A stretch of DNA of 64,000 nucleotides from Podarcis tiliguerta (GCA_965153285.1 OZ229123.1); one strand, 5' to 3'; shown: positions 27,700 to 39,490, counted from the first letter of the stretch. A program made the numbers and translations. The notes: generated by a model not told the origin, from the sequence alone.

Positions 27700-28830
27700 C
27701 CTTCGAAGTAGATAGCGTAAAAGGGAGCTGGAAGTGGGGGCCTTTTGCAAGGGGGAATCAACACACACACACCCGCCAAACAAGCCCCCTCCCCTTAAAG
27801 GAAGAGCAGCAAGGCCCCCCTTCCCGCAAGCACAGACGCCCCCCTTCCTCCTCCCTCTTCCTTTCTACCCACCCCCAAATCTTCGCAGGGGATCCATGAT
27901 CAGCCCCCCGCCACCCAGAGGCCATCTGTAAAATGTCAGACTTTAGAAATGCTTTTAAAAAGACAAAACTTACCCCCCACCTCGCCCAAGATCACCCTTT
28001 AAAGTGGCATCTACCCCCTTTCTGGATCCCATCTTTGCTAACACACCCACAAAGCGGCCGGGGGGGGGGGAGAGAAGAGGCTTACTTCACGCAAGGCGGA
28101 ATATGGAGGACCCCCCCCCCACGCGCGCTTTTCCTGCAAGAGCCGGCCGACGAGCAAAGGAACCTGTTGCCATTATTCGCACGTGGAAGCGCACCGATCA
28201 TTGACTCGGATTAAAAACCACCGCACGACGAGTTCCATGGGACTTACTCCCAAGGAGGCGCGCGCGCCGCCAGCCTTGCCACCGTGCGCGCCCGATCCTA
28301 AACCCCCAACCGCAAGGAAAAAGCTCGGCCTGGCCAAGATTGAACTGGCACACTTTTCCCCTACAGCAGTTTTTTTAAAAAGCGCAGAAGAGGGTCGCGA
28401 TCCCCGATCCTGTGCGGCCGCTGCATCGCGGGCTCCCCAAACCAGCAAAGGCGAAGAACAAACAAGAAGGAGGAAAGTTTCCCCGCTCACCACGAGACTC
28501 GCCCGCCGAGGAAGTTTCCCTCTTTGGCCGCAGGAAGAGAATTGGAGGGGGGCCCTCCAAGCATCCACGATGGGCAGCCGCGGGGGGAAATGGCCGCTCA
28601 CACACCGCCCGCTGCTGCTGCGTGGTGGCTGTGGCTCTGTCCGGGACCCGAGCGCTCTGGGCTGCCCCCTCCCGCAACGAGCAAGCAGGCAGGCAGGCAG
28701 GCTGCTCTCCAACGCCGTGCGCCTGCGTGGAAAGCACAGCCTTTGAAAGAGGACATTGGAGAAAAACTATTCTTCCCTTTGCGTTGCATGGAACGCAAAT
28801 CGGTTCCATGACCGCCACCTATTGGACGGT
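27700..28830 (-). promoter_or_regulatory. CpG-island promoter and probable non-coding first exon of an unidentified leftward gene
   Basis: The only long CpG-dense, GC-rich, TE-free stretch in the window. It has an NRF1-like GTGCGCCTGCGT (28717-28728), CCAAT on the minus strand (28821-28825), a YY1-like AAATGGCCGC (28588-28597), an E-box CACGTG (28180-28185) and minus-strand GTGAGC donor candidates near 28490 and 28600. The minus strand is G-rich to the left of these. Confidence 0.75.
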
Positions 28831-28857
28831 GAGCTCAAAACACAGGTCCCCCTAAAG

Positions 28858-29199
28858 CAGAAGTGGGGAACCTTTTTCCGGCCCAATGGGGGGCCACCTT
28901 CCCCTCTGGACAACCTTTCGAGGGCCGCATGCCAGTGTAGTGGACAAGGCCAAAGCAAAAGTGGACAGGCAATTAATGCAAATTTTGTCTGTGGACCATG
29001 GGCTACTTTCTACTTGCACTCCTCTCTAACCTCCTCCCAGGCATGCAAGAGAAATTATCAGGGTTCAAAGCACTCAAAGAAGGTGCAAAGCTGTGTCAGT
29101 GGCTAAGGAGGAGGTGTAGCCCGCAGAAAGTCCCAAGGGCCAGAGACAGGGGCCTGGAGGGCCAAATTTAGCCCCTGGGACGGAGGTTCTTCGGCACTG
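28858..29199. mobile_element. hAT-Charlie (MER45-like) non-autonomous element beside the CpG island
   Basis: CAGAAGTGGGGAACCTTTTT...GGCC start and gagggccaaatttagcccc...gaggttcttcggcactg end; a similar end occurs near 20300-20362. Confidence 0.6.
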
Positions 29200-30034
29200 T
29201 TCTTCCTATAAATAAAGTGTTTTGCGTTGCACCATAGGGCATGTCTACACTGCAAGGTTAAACCATTTTCAAACCCAGTTTAAAGGGTGTAAGGGAACTG
29301 TGGTTCTATTGAAGGGAGAGGAAACTCTTGCAGAGAACACAGCATTTTTGCAGAAGTTCACTTCCTGGCACACTGGAGAGGAAGCCATAAAAATTATAAT
29401 TTGCAGGGCACCTGCACAGAGAGAAATTTGTGCTTAAGCATATGCTCTTACAGCACAGAGCAAGGGGAGCCAATGTGGGCCCCATCAGGTACTGCCTTAA
29501 ACCTCCACCATCCCTAACCATTGGTCATGCTAGCTGGGGCTGCAGTCCAACACCCTGGGGGGGGGGGGGACACAATATTGGCTATCCCTGCCCTACAGAC
29601 CACTTCACCAGTTTCTAGGCTTAATCTTTTAAGGTGCTACAAATATCCCTTGTTGGTTTTGCTGCAGCAAACTAACTGGGCTACACTATTGGAAGGTCTA
29701 ATACCTGTAAGCACCTAATATTCATTCCGCTAGTCCTCATTACTATTCCAGCGAACACAACTTAAAAGGTTAAGGAGCCACTGTAGAGGGTTCATTGCAA
29801 AAATCTCCTTCTCCTCCCCTCCTTATTGTGTCTCATTTGCTGTTTTTACCACTTGAGTTAGCCACCCAGAGATTTCAGATTAGATACTACTTGAGAGTCT
29901 GCTGCAAACAGGTCAATCCCCTGAGGATATTTATTCTTAGATAATACCATTCCTATTGTTTCAGTCATAGGGACATAAGAAGAGCGGTGCTGGATCAGGC
30001 CAAGGGACCATCTAGCATAGCATTCTTTTCCCAT

Positions 30035-30425
30035 GTACGTTTCCGAGCACAATTTCAAAGTGTTGGTACTGACTTTTAAAGCCCTAAACGGCCTCAGCCC
30101 AGTATACCTGAAGGAGCGTCTCCACCCCCATCGTTCAGCTCCGAGGGCCTTCTGGTGGTTCCCTCACTGCGAGAAGTGAGGTTACAGGGAACCAGGCACA
30201 GGGCCTTCTCAGTAGTGGCGCCACCCTGTGGAACACCCTCCCATCAGATGTCAAGGAAATAAACAACTATCTGACTTTTAGAAAACATCTGAAGGCAGCC
30301 CTGTTTAGGGAAGTTTTTAATGTTTGATATTTTATCGTGTTTTTAATGTTCTGTTGGGAGCCACCCAGAGTGACTGGGGAAACCCAACCCAGATGGGTGG
30401 GGTATAAATAATAAATTATTATTAT
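30035..30425 (+). mobile_element. L2-clade LINE 3' end
   Basis: FKVLVLTFKALNGLSPVYLKERL-type coding remnant; 3' end gggtggggtataaataataaattattatt; splits an older CR1-tail-like repeat. Confidence 0.85.
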
Positions 30426-31756
30426 GGCCAACCATATAGGAAGCCCACAAGCCGGGCATGAGCACTACAGCACTCTCCCACTGTCCTCCACAAAATTGCT
30501 TCCTCATACCTTTGCAAAACATTCCAAAAATAAACATTCTAAAAATTAAAAAGGAATATTGGGCACCATTAAAACTAACAGAATGCAAATTAGAGCAGTC
30601 TTCATCTGATGCATGAAGCTGGCAGGGCCATCATGACAATATATTGTTGCATAATAGAACATTTATTACAATATCAGAACATGTGCAGCCCACGCTTCGC
30701 CCGGAAAAGTGGCACTCTCAGGGCAGCTTAAATGCAACCAATTCAAATAAAACAGTCCCCACCAGCTAGGCTTTCTCTAAACAACATGGCACAAAAGGAA
30801 GGAGTGACAGAGAGGGAAGAGGAAGAAGCAAAACCCAGCACCAACTCTTAATATATGCATAAGATGTAAAGCAGAGAAGGCACTGAAATGCACAATGTAC
30901 AACCTATCTACGCAAAGCTCAAACATAAAAGCAGGATGATTCAACACACAGCAGTAATGGCGCCACAATTTTCCCAGTATTGATATGCTAATTTCCCAAC
31001 CTTGAGGGAAAAAAATCTGGTTTCACCTGAATTCTAAGTGAATAGAAGCAAACTAGCAGATAGCTCAGGAATTCCACGTCCCATTCTCCCTTTTTAAATC
31101 ATTCTGATGAAGAGTGGTCAGCCCCATGTAATCCGAAAGCAAGGGATATTCCTCCTCTTCCTTCCTACCAGGCAGACAAGACTGAGTTCCTTGCTCAGCT
31201 GCACCTCGCTGCCATGAAGACTGCTGCCCCATCTGCAATGGGTTGATAGTTAAGGGATGGAGGGGACATAAATAGAAAAGGTGTAGTGGTACCTATTGCA
31301 ACTGTGCATCTCAAGCACATGCATCTTTATAAAGTTCAATGAGAGCTTACTCCTGAGTAAGTAAACATGAGACTGCAGCTGGGGGTTGCTGTAGCTGTGT
31401 TGTCCTGGCTCTCCTGCTGCACCTTTGAACATCAGCTTGAGATGCAGAATTTATACAGGTAAAGCTTTTCCGCCTGCTTAAATCAGCAGGACAGCAGTTG
31501 AAGGAACAAGAAAGATAAAAGCATGAATCACTGGACTCACTCTTTCATTCATGAATCACTTCCTATGAGGCATCCTAAAGCAGCGTACAATAACACAGAA
31601 AGACAGTTACATATATAAAACAGTTTGAAACAATTGCACTGTTTAGACAGCCCTTCACAATAAGAATTTCTGTAAACCGTTTTCTACTGATGTTTTACTA
31701 ACATTTTTAATTACGTGGCATATTTACATGTTGGTGTTACTGCATTTCATATCGTT

Positions 31757-32745
31757 GTTATTTATTAAATTTTTATACCGCCCTTCAACCGAGGTTCACA
31801 GTGTGGTTTACAACACAAAAATGCACAACATGGTAACAAAGAAAACTAATACCCCCCCCCCGGATTGTTTAGGCCTGGGAGAAGAGGAATGTTTTGCCTG
31901 GTACCTAAAATATATGTAATGAAGGCGCCAAGCCAGCCTCCCTGGGTCGAGCATTTCACAAGCAGGGAGCCACCACAGAAAAGGCCTGTTTTTGTGTTGC
32001 CACCTACTGAACCTCTCACAGAGGAGGTACCGTATTTTTCGCTCTATAAGATGCACCAGACCACAAGACGCACCTAGTTTTTGGAGGAGGAAAACAAGAA
32101 AAAAAATATTCTGAATCTCAGAAGCCAGAACAGCAAGAGGGATCGCTGCATAGTGAAAGCAGCGATCCCTCTTGCTGTTCTGGCTTCTGGGATAGCTGCG
32201 CAGCCTGCATTCGCTCCATAAGACGCACACACATTTCCCCTTACTTTTTAGGAGGGAAAAAGTGAGTCTTATAGAGCAAAAAATACGGTACATGAAGGAG
32301 GGCGTCAGATGATGACCACAGAGTCTGGGTTGGTCCATATGGGGATGTATTGCAGTCCTGAGCCACTCAAGGCTTTATAGGTGAAAACCAGTACTTTGAA
32401 TTGGGCCTGGAAACTAATCAGCAGCCAGTGCAGTCGGACCAAGATTGGCATAATATGCTCAAACTGTCTTGCCCCAGTGAGCAACCTGGTTTCTGAATTC
32501 TGAACCAGCTGAAGTTTCCGGACTGTCTTCAGAGGCGGCCCCACATATAACACATTGCAGTAATGTAACCTGGAAGTTATCGGAGCATAGACAGAGGTTA
32601 GGCTATTCCTGTCCAGATAGAGGTGCAGTTGGGCCATCAAATGAAACTAATGGACAACTGAGTGTCAAGTGACAATAAAGGAACCAGGTGTACCCCCAAG
32701 CTATGTACCCGCTCCTTCAGAGGGAATGTAACCTCATCAAGAGTG
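31757..32745 (-). mobile_element. L2-clade LINE fragment, interrupted by a MITE
   Basis: ORF 32305-32640 ITSRLHYCNVLYVGPPLKTVRKLQLVQN...LHWL...QFKVLVFTYKAL is the typical L2 ORF2 C-terminus. Confidence 0.85.
32030..32288. mobile_element. Tc2/pogo-like MITE with a 31-bp perfect internal hairpin (truncated copy 11679-11915; short relative about 6383-6487)
   Basis: TIR CCGTATTTTTCGCTCTATAAGA / TCTTATAGAGCAAAAAATACGG; TA TSD; inserted in an L2. Confidence 0.92.
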
Positions 32746-32995
32746 GGCAACCTTCCATCCATTCGGTCAAGGGAACTGCCCACTAACATGGCTTAAATAT
32801 AACTTATCTGAGCAAAGCAATATTGGTGGGTTTCCCCTTTTTTTTGTACATTTGTGAATGAGCGTGCTTCTTCAGCCGTAAGAGCAACAGCACATCTCCC
32901 CCCAGTGGCCATGAATTTCATTGCCTAAAATAAATGAATACTTTTGTTTAGCAAGTGTAACTGATACACGAAACCCAACTGTATTGACTCCTAGC

Positions 32996-33193
32996 TAGAG
33001 ATGGGGAAAATACCCAGAAGAAGTGGGGGGACGACGACGACAGGTTTTTATCCAGAAAAATTGAGGGGAAAGTATGTGGAATATTCAAACTATATCAAAC
33101 TGTTTCTTTCAAATTTTTGAGAAAAAACGGCTTAGGGAAAAAACTGGGTTTTTTCCCATTTCCCCCATTTTTTTCTAGGCCTTCCCATCTCTG
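32996..33193. mobile_element. hAT MITE
   Basis: TIR TAGAGATGGG / CCCATCTCTG; perfect 8-bp TSD ctcctagc. Confidence 0.85.
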
Positions 33194-33236
33194 CTCCTAG
33201 CACCCAGATTAAGTATTGGCAAGACACACACAAAAA

Positions 33237-33587
33237 GGGACGCAGGTGGTGCTGTGGGTTAAACCACAGAGCCTAGGACTTGCTGATCAGAAGGTTGGCG
33301 GTTCAAATCCCCATGACAGGGTGAGCTCCCGTTGCTCGGTCCCTGCTCCAACCAACCTAGCAGTTTGAAAGCATGACCAAGTGCAAGTAGATAAATAGGT
33401 ACTGCTCCAGCAGGAAGGTAAACAGAGTTTCCGTGCGCTGCTCTGGTTCACCAGAAGCAGCTTAGTCATGCTGGCCACATGACCCGGAAGCTGTACGCCG
33501 GCTCCCTTGGCCAATAAAGCGAGATGAGAGCTGCAACCCCAGAGTCGGCCATGACTGGACCTAATGTTCAGGGGTCCCTTTACCTTT
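33237..33587 (+). mobile_element. Sauria SINE (POM/Squam1 type), full length
   Basis: GGGACGCAGGTGGTGCTGTGG head, B-box GGTTCAAATCC, ACCTTT tail; TSD aagacacaca(ca)aaa. Confidence 0.93.
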
Positions 33588-33809
33588 AAGACACACAAAA
33601 TGCTGACACATCTTCTTGAGCAGGTATGGTATCTTCAACTTTTTCAGACCCAGGACCCACATTTAACCCAAACATGCATGGGGGGGGGCTCACTGCTCAA
33701 TCTTTTACCACATATAGTATTTACATGGTGATACTGCTCCTGTTGTGACCCACCTTGGATCAGGCCGCAACTGGTCCCGATCCACCAGCTGAAGACCAGT
33801 GCTGTAGAG

Positions 33810-33939
33810 CAGGTGTGAAGAACCTCTGGCTCTCCAGAGGTTGCCGAACAACAAGTCCCATCCATCAGCCATTCTTGCTAGGGCAGATGGGAATTTGTAG
33901 ATCAGCAACATCTGGAGGGCCAGAGGTTTCCCACACCTA
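33810..33939. mobile_element. Palindromic hAT-Charlie-like MITE; representative of many copies
   Basis: TSD ctgtagag / ctctagag. Relatives lie at 18678-18771, about 29460-29592, 37038-37168, about 41106-41230, 54725-54863, 54913-55225 (spanning the gap) and 59939-60075. Confidence 0.8.
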
Positions 33940-34297
33940 CTCTAGAGCAAAGATTCTCAGATAGTGGTCCACGAGCTGCATTCAGGTTGCCTGAAGGTAG
34001 GCTGCAGAATGGCTGAGGAAAAAACTGTATGTGGTGACCCTGAGCTTAGGAGTTGATGAATCTGTGTTTCATTTTAGTTTGGGGGGACAACACAGTGCTT
34101 CTAGTAGTAAATACAGTGATATAGTTCTGGGTTTCTACATTGCCTGCTATAAACAGCCATCACTTTTACCACTCTAACAAGAGATGGAGGCTTCAGAAAC
34201 AGCCAGGAAATCCGCTCCACAGGCAAAAGAACTGCAGGTCTAAGGAAGTCTGCAGCTGGAGGCTTGAAAACTGGCCGCGCTCACAATCTGTTAACTT

Positions 34298-34311
34298 GCG
34301 CCATCTGGTGG
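34298..34311 (-). promoter_or_regulatory. CTCF core motif
   Basis: Minus strand CCACCAGATGGCGC matches the CCASYAGRKGGCRS consensus exactly, in non-repetitive sequence. Confidence 0.6.
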
Positions 34312-34526
34312 TACTTTCCCATCATTAATGGGCCTCATCACCATGCGCACACTAATCTATCATCCAAACATAGATATCAAGAATCCTGCCACAATTCCGG
34401 GGAGGTGGCAAAGCGAGTACATGCACAGCAGATTCTGCAATTGCCTGGCCACACAAAGCACAGCTTTCCGGACCCCAAACAACCTGCAAGACAGCAGTAA
34501 ATGCATAGCAGTCAGAGATGCATGGC

Positions 34527-34874
34527 GGGACACCAGTGGCTCTGTGGGTTAAACCACAGAGCCTAGGACTTGCCGATCAGAAGGTCAGCGGTTCGAATCC
34601 CCGCGACAGGGTGAGCTCCCGTTGCTCGGTCCCTGCTCCTGCCAACCTAGCAGTTGGAAAGCACGTCAAAGTGCAAGTAGATAAGTAGGCACCGCTCCGG
34701 CAGGAAGGTAAACAGCATTTCCGTGTGCTGCTCTGGTTCGCCAGAAGTGGCTTAGTCATGCTGGCCACATGACCCAGAAGCTGTACGCCAGCTCACTTGG
34801 CCAGTAAAGCAAGATGAGCGCCACAACCCCAGAATCGTCTGTGACTGGACCTAGTGGTCAGGGGTCCTTTTACC
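34527..34874 (+). mobile_element. Sauria SINE, full length
   Basis: Collinear with the 33237 copy; B-box GGTTCGAATCC. Confidence 0.92.
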
Positions 34875-35371
34875 AGAGAGGCACAACCTAAATAATGTTG
34901 CTGCTAAGATGCCCAAAGAATAAAAAAGTAGATCCAGCACCAAAGAAAATGAAAGATGGCACAAAGTTGCATATTCTGTGTCCAGGTGCACATTTAGAAT
35001 TAATTACTATGATTTTAAAATAAATTCGATGCATCTCCCCCGAGAGGGGAACAAGATTGACCAGGTCTCCTGTGTGCCTCCTCACTCAGTTTGTTGTCTA
35101 GATGCTAACTGTTGATAAGCAACTGCAAGCTCTCCCACCGTACGGTTCTTTATCTTTTCATTAGACTTGGACTGGACAGCCCTTCTATTGGAATACAACT
35201 TCAAACAGAGGCATGTCCTCTAAAGTAGGACACATGGCCACTAATTGCACAGGGCAGAATATCCAAATGGGAGCAAAAAAATGTGTACCAAATCACTGAC
35301 TTTAATGGCATCTCGACATTCGCAGCTTGAAGTGGGCAGCCCCACTCTTCCCAAGAGTGGGGCTGACTCCC

Positions 35372-35508
35372 TTTGTTAAGTTTATAGACCACTTTTCTTC
35401 CATGATGGAACCCAAGGCAACATGCATGTGGCTCACAGGAAGTCTCCCATCTAGACAATGACCAGACCAAGGCTGGTTACTTCAGTAAACTGGGGGCCTC
35501 AAGTGCCT
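35372..35508 (-). mobile_element. 5S rRNA-derived SINE-like repeat (further copies about 3650-4012 and 7400-7500)
   Basis: Copies carry GAAGCTAAGCAG (3673-3684, 7421-7432) and ggtctggtcattgtctagatgggagac, resembling the 5S internal control region, and share ..acatg and ..tataaa 3' segments. Confidence 0.6.
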
Positions 35509-35819
35509 GAGAACGTAGATTATATTGCCTGCCTTTCTGAATACCATCAGAGACAGATGTACCACTCATCCAAAGTAAGGGGGTTTGTGTTTCATTACTC
35601 AGTATACCAACGCATTCATACATTCTGTTGGTGAAAACCTCGCCTACCTTTGCAGCAAAAAAGACAATCCCACCTGCTCTGAATTACACTGTGCTAGTTG
35701 AGGCTGCAGAGAGGAGAAACTATTTTCAGTCTTCCCTACAAGTAAAAATAAAAATCTAGCACCTAAGGTGCTAGCCTAGTGTCTGCTAGATATGTTAGTT
35801 TTCTAACTGCATGGAGTTT

Positions 35820-35852
35820 TGTGTGTGTGTGTGTGTGTGTATACACACACAC
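35820..35852. repeat. (TG)n-TA-(CA)n self-complementary microsatellite
   Basis: Direct reading. Other microsatellites: (AAT)n 4761-4782, (GA/GGGAGA)n 5742-5772, (AT)n 44548-44567, (AC)n 53626-53649. Confidence 0.9.
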
Positions 35853-37749
35853 TTGTGTTTCAAACACAGAGCAGCATTAAAAGTTTGAACCCCTCCACCT
35901 GCAGCCTAAGACATTACAATCCACTCTACCATGGAGAATAGGGCTGTCCAGCCTGTAACACTTCTCCATTTATCTGGATTCAATTCTAGATTTTCAGCAA
36001 GGAGGACTCAAAACACCTGCAAGATTTAACCTTGGAGGGGGCAACTGCCAGCTAACTCCCCAGTCCCGTGAGCAATTTTAGCCTGTCCCTCCCTCCTGCT
36101 TGCCCTTTAGCCTCTCTTAAGAAAAACACAGTATGAACAAGCAATCTGGCACCAAATGTTTGCACAGCCAAAAATGTGTCATCAAATTGCCGGTTCCAAA
36201 TTAGCCTCCACTAGCAGTAGGAAGATAAACAAATAGGCAGATTGATAAGTCCATTTAGTACATTCTAAACAGCTTGCACCAGTCAGTCTTTTCAAAAATT
36301 TATACATGTAGTCTGATTCTTACTTACCCCTAGCAAAGGCCACCCATCTTGCTCAGCTGAGGTCCAAATTCACATGAGGAAAAGCTGACTTTTAACCCAG
36401 TAGAATTGTGGACAGGAGCTGGAGCATCTCTCAGTCAGGTGCATCTAGGAGATGGTGAACGTGTGGGAAGGTGGCTTATTAAGTAAGGAGGGAGGAAGAG
36501 GTGTGGAATGGGAGAGATTTCCTCTTGAAGGCAAGGCCTGCTATGGACCCCCCCCCCCACCGCCCGCCCCATGGTGAGTATGATTGAGACAGGACAAGGT
36601 GACTGCTCTGCAATGAAGAATCTAGGTCACTGGGGCAAAGGGTATGGGAATCTGAGTGAATGAGTTATTTTTAAAGAGACAGTCATTTTATTCAGAGCCC
36701 TCCTCCACAAATACCACCTTAAATTCAAACCTTACTAGCATCATCTGAGGCCTTTCTGCATGAAAGACACCCAGAGAGTAGGAACAAGGGAGAGGGTCTT
36801 TTTGGTTGTGGCCCCGCTGCCTGTGGAATGCACTTCCAAGTTAGGCCCTCTTGATGCCAACACTGACATCTTTTAGTCACTGGGTTAAGACTTTGCTCTG
36901 AGTAGCCTAACCTGCCTCATAAGGGAGAGAGTAATGGGCCAAAGTTCACACAGATAACTTTATGGCTGAGTCAAATCCTAGTCTGATACATTTACCACTA
37001 CAACACGGTGGTGTGATGAACATTCAGAAGTCTAGAGCAGGGATGGGAAATTTTGGTCCTCCAGCTGTTCCAGGACGGCAGCTCCCAACATCCCTTGCCA
37101 TTGTTGGCAAGGGCTGATGGGAACTGGAGTTCAAAAACATCTGGCAGGCCAGAGATTCCCCAGCCCTTACCTGGAGGGACTCTTGTCGCTGGCTAAATAG
37201 TATCAGTTCAAGCACTTGGCTATTTGCTGGGATTGCCCATCACATTTATCTCCACAGGGCGATTCTAAACATGCCTACTGAGAAATACAATGAATTCAGT
37301 GGCACATAAGCGCAATCCTCTGCATATCTACGCAGAAGTAAGTCCTGCTAAGTTAAATGGACTGTGATGCTGTGCCTACTTACCTGGGAGTAAGGCTCAT
37401 TGAACTCAATGGGACTTACTTATGAGTAGAATTTGTATTGGAGTCTGATATTTAATTTGCAAAAGGAAACCCCCAAGTGCTGAAAGCCCCGAACTTTCCC
37501 ACTTTTTATAGCTCTTCAGAAAGAACAGAAGCAGAAGAAAAAGAAAGCAGAAGACAGAGGCAACTGTATGTTTATTGTTTATTTCAAGGGGCGCAACATG
37601 GCACCCTTGAGGTCTTCCTCTGGTGCCCACAGAGCCTCTAAGTCATGAGGCAGTGATGAGCTTACATTTTCCTCCCCAGAAAAGTATATAAGGCTGAAGG
37701 AGGGTGTTGGGGACAAGGGAAGCTGCCTTAGAGTCAGACAACTGACAAA

Positions 37750-37921
37750 CGACAGTGGAATTTGCTGCCAAGGAGTGTGGTGGAGTCTCCTTCTTTGGAG
37801 GTCTTTAAGCAGAGGCTTGACAACCATATGTCAGGAGTGCTCTGATGGTGTTTCCTGCTTGGCAGGGGGTTGGACTCGATGGTCCTTGTGGTCTCTTCCA
37901 ACTCTATGATTCTATTATTCT
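37750..37921 (+). mobile_element. 3' fragment of the same young CR1 family, inserted into a Squam2-like SINE
   Basis: Nearly identical to 63612-63785; ATTCTATG tail; candidate TSD aactg at 37740-37744 and 37922-37926. Confidence 0.92.
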
Positions 37922-38409
37922 AACTGGCCCACCCAGCTCAGTATTGTCTACACTGACTTGCAATGGCTTTCTAGTGTTTTAGTCAGAGAGTCTCTCCCAG
38001 TCCTATATGTCCAGTTACAACCCTTCCCCTAGTGGTTCTCTTTCCCTTTGCTTGCTCTTTTACATCTATGTGCTTTTCCAAGTCTCAGATTATTTCAGCT
38101 AATTTGCACCCAGATTGCTTGGAAAAAATGAAGCCCATGAATGTGCACTTTTTCTCTCTTTCTGTCTCTTTGGAGTGAGGGGCTGACAGAGGGGAGAGAA
38201 GTGGCCAGAGCAGGTGGTGCTCATATCGCCCACTCAGAAAAACAGATCTGCCCATGGGCCTAAAACAGTGGGTCACCCATTGTCTATTTCAACAATATGT
38301 ATTGTTCATGCCACTAACAAACATGCGTCACAATCTGCCAATTAAATTGTCTGATACGTAGCGATTTATGCAACCCACATTCCAACATTCCACCACTTAG
38401 GTCTGGGGA

Positions 38410-38586
38410 GGTGTGGCTATGGCTCCTTGGCAGAACCTCTAAATTTGCATGCAGAAGGTCCCAGGGTCAATCTGTGGTATCTCCAGACAGGGCTGGTACA
38501 GATCCTGGCCTGAAATATTGGCGAGCCTCTGCCATTGTAGACAATACTATCAATATGATCTAAGTATGACAGCTTTCTATGTTCCT
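38410..38586 (+). mobile_element. Squam2-like (tRNA-Ala-headed) SINE; representative of about 8 copies
   Basis: tgcatgcagaaggtcccagggtcaatc...tctccag...tgtagacaatact...gctttctatgttcct. Relatives lie near 14485-14635(-), 17750-17870, 37710-38010(-), 51288-51613, 52100-52400, 55425-55565 and 55920-56110(-). Confidence 0.75.
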
Positions 38587-39490
38587 GTGTTTGCTAGAAG
38601 TATGTTTGAAATTACTGAAGATGTTAGTTCATGTGCTTTTAATGTGTGTGTCTCTCTCTCAGTGTGTGTTTGTATGGACAACACCAGAAGCTGCCAAGGG
38701 AAATGTGTGTCTCTGGCTACAGAGACCTTCCTGTAGCTCCACTGTCCAGTCTCCTGTCCCAGAATAAATGTTTATAGTTTCTCCAAAGAGGGAAGGAGCG
38801 AAGGAGCACTCTTCCTGTTTGAGATGGGCGCAAAGAGGAAGCCAGGAGAGGAAACAAGCTCGTGACAAAATGCAAAGGAAATGTTCGGCAGCTTTAAGGC
38901 ACTTGGTTTTCATTCTAAGGCACCAAAAATAGACTCTGCATTTGGGGGTGTTAACTTCCTTCCGTGAAGTCTCTGCATGAATTCAAAAGTTGGCAGCAAA
39001 CCACAAAAATAGAAGAGAGGAAGCAACAAGACCTCTACATGGCAACCCTTAATTTCTGGTTCCCATCTAAAAGATGCCTTTTAGCTAGCAAAGGTTCGTG
39101 ATGCAGGCCAAGGGGTTGCACCACTCCCCAGTTCTCTGTGGGTGCCCATTTGCCTGCCACCAAACCAAGCAACGACCTTGGAAACAGGAAACTGCTGATC
39201 AGCCTGCAATTTGGCACAAGGATGTAGGAATGTGGTCTGTTAGGGCAAACGGGGCGCTGCCCCACCAACCTCAGTCTTGATTCCCCCAAGCCCACCTGCT
39301 TTCTGACTTGCACTGAGTCCTGAAAGCAGGCTGTCTGCTCTGGCTGTCTGCTTCCTCATCTTTGGACTCAGTGTGGTCCTCCTTAAACTCAGCAGAAGGA
39401 TGGGGACAAATAATAAGTTCCCTGGCTCCAAATAATAAGTTCCCAGTTGGGCTCATTGCTTTCCACCCCACCAATCCCAGTGGGCACTAC

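Noticed and set aside
1-28700. Naming the leftward gene ANKDD1A from human synteny
   Set aside because: No ankyrin-repeat or death-domain exon was seen; synteny alone is not enough.
28173-28855. Several 147-187-aa ORFs on both strands
   Set aside because: Expected from stop-codon scarcity in a CpG island; low-complexity R/A/P/G composition and no recognisable domain.
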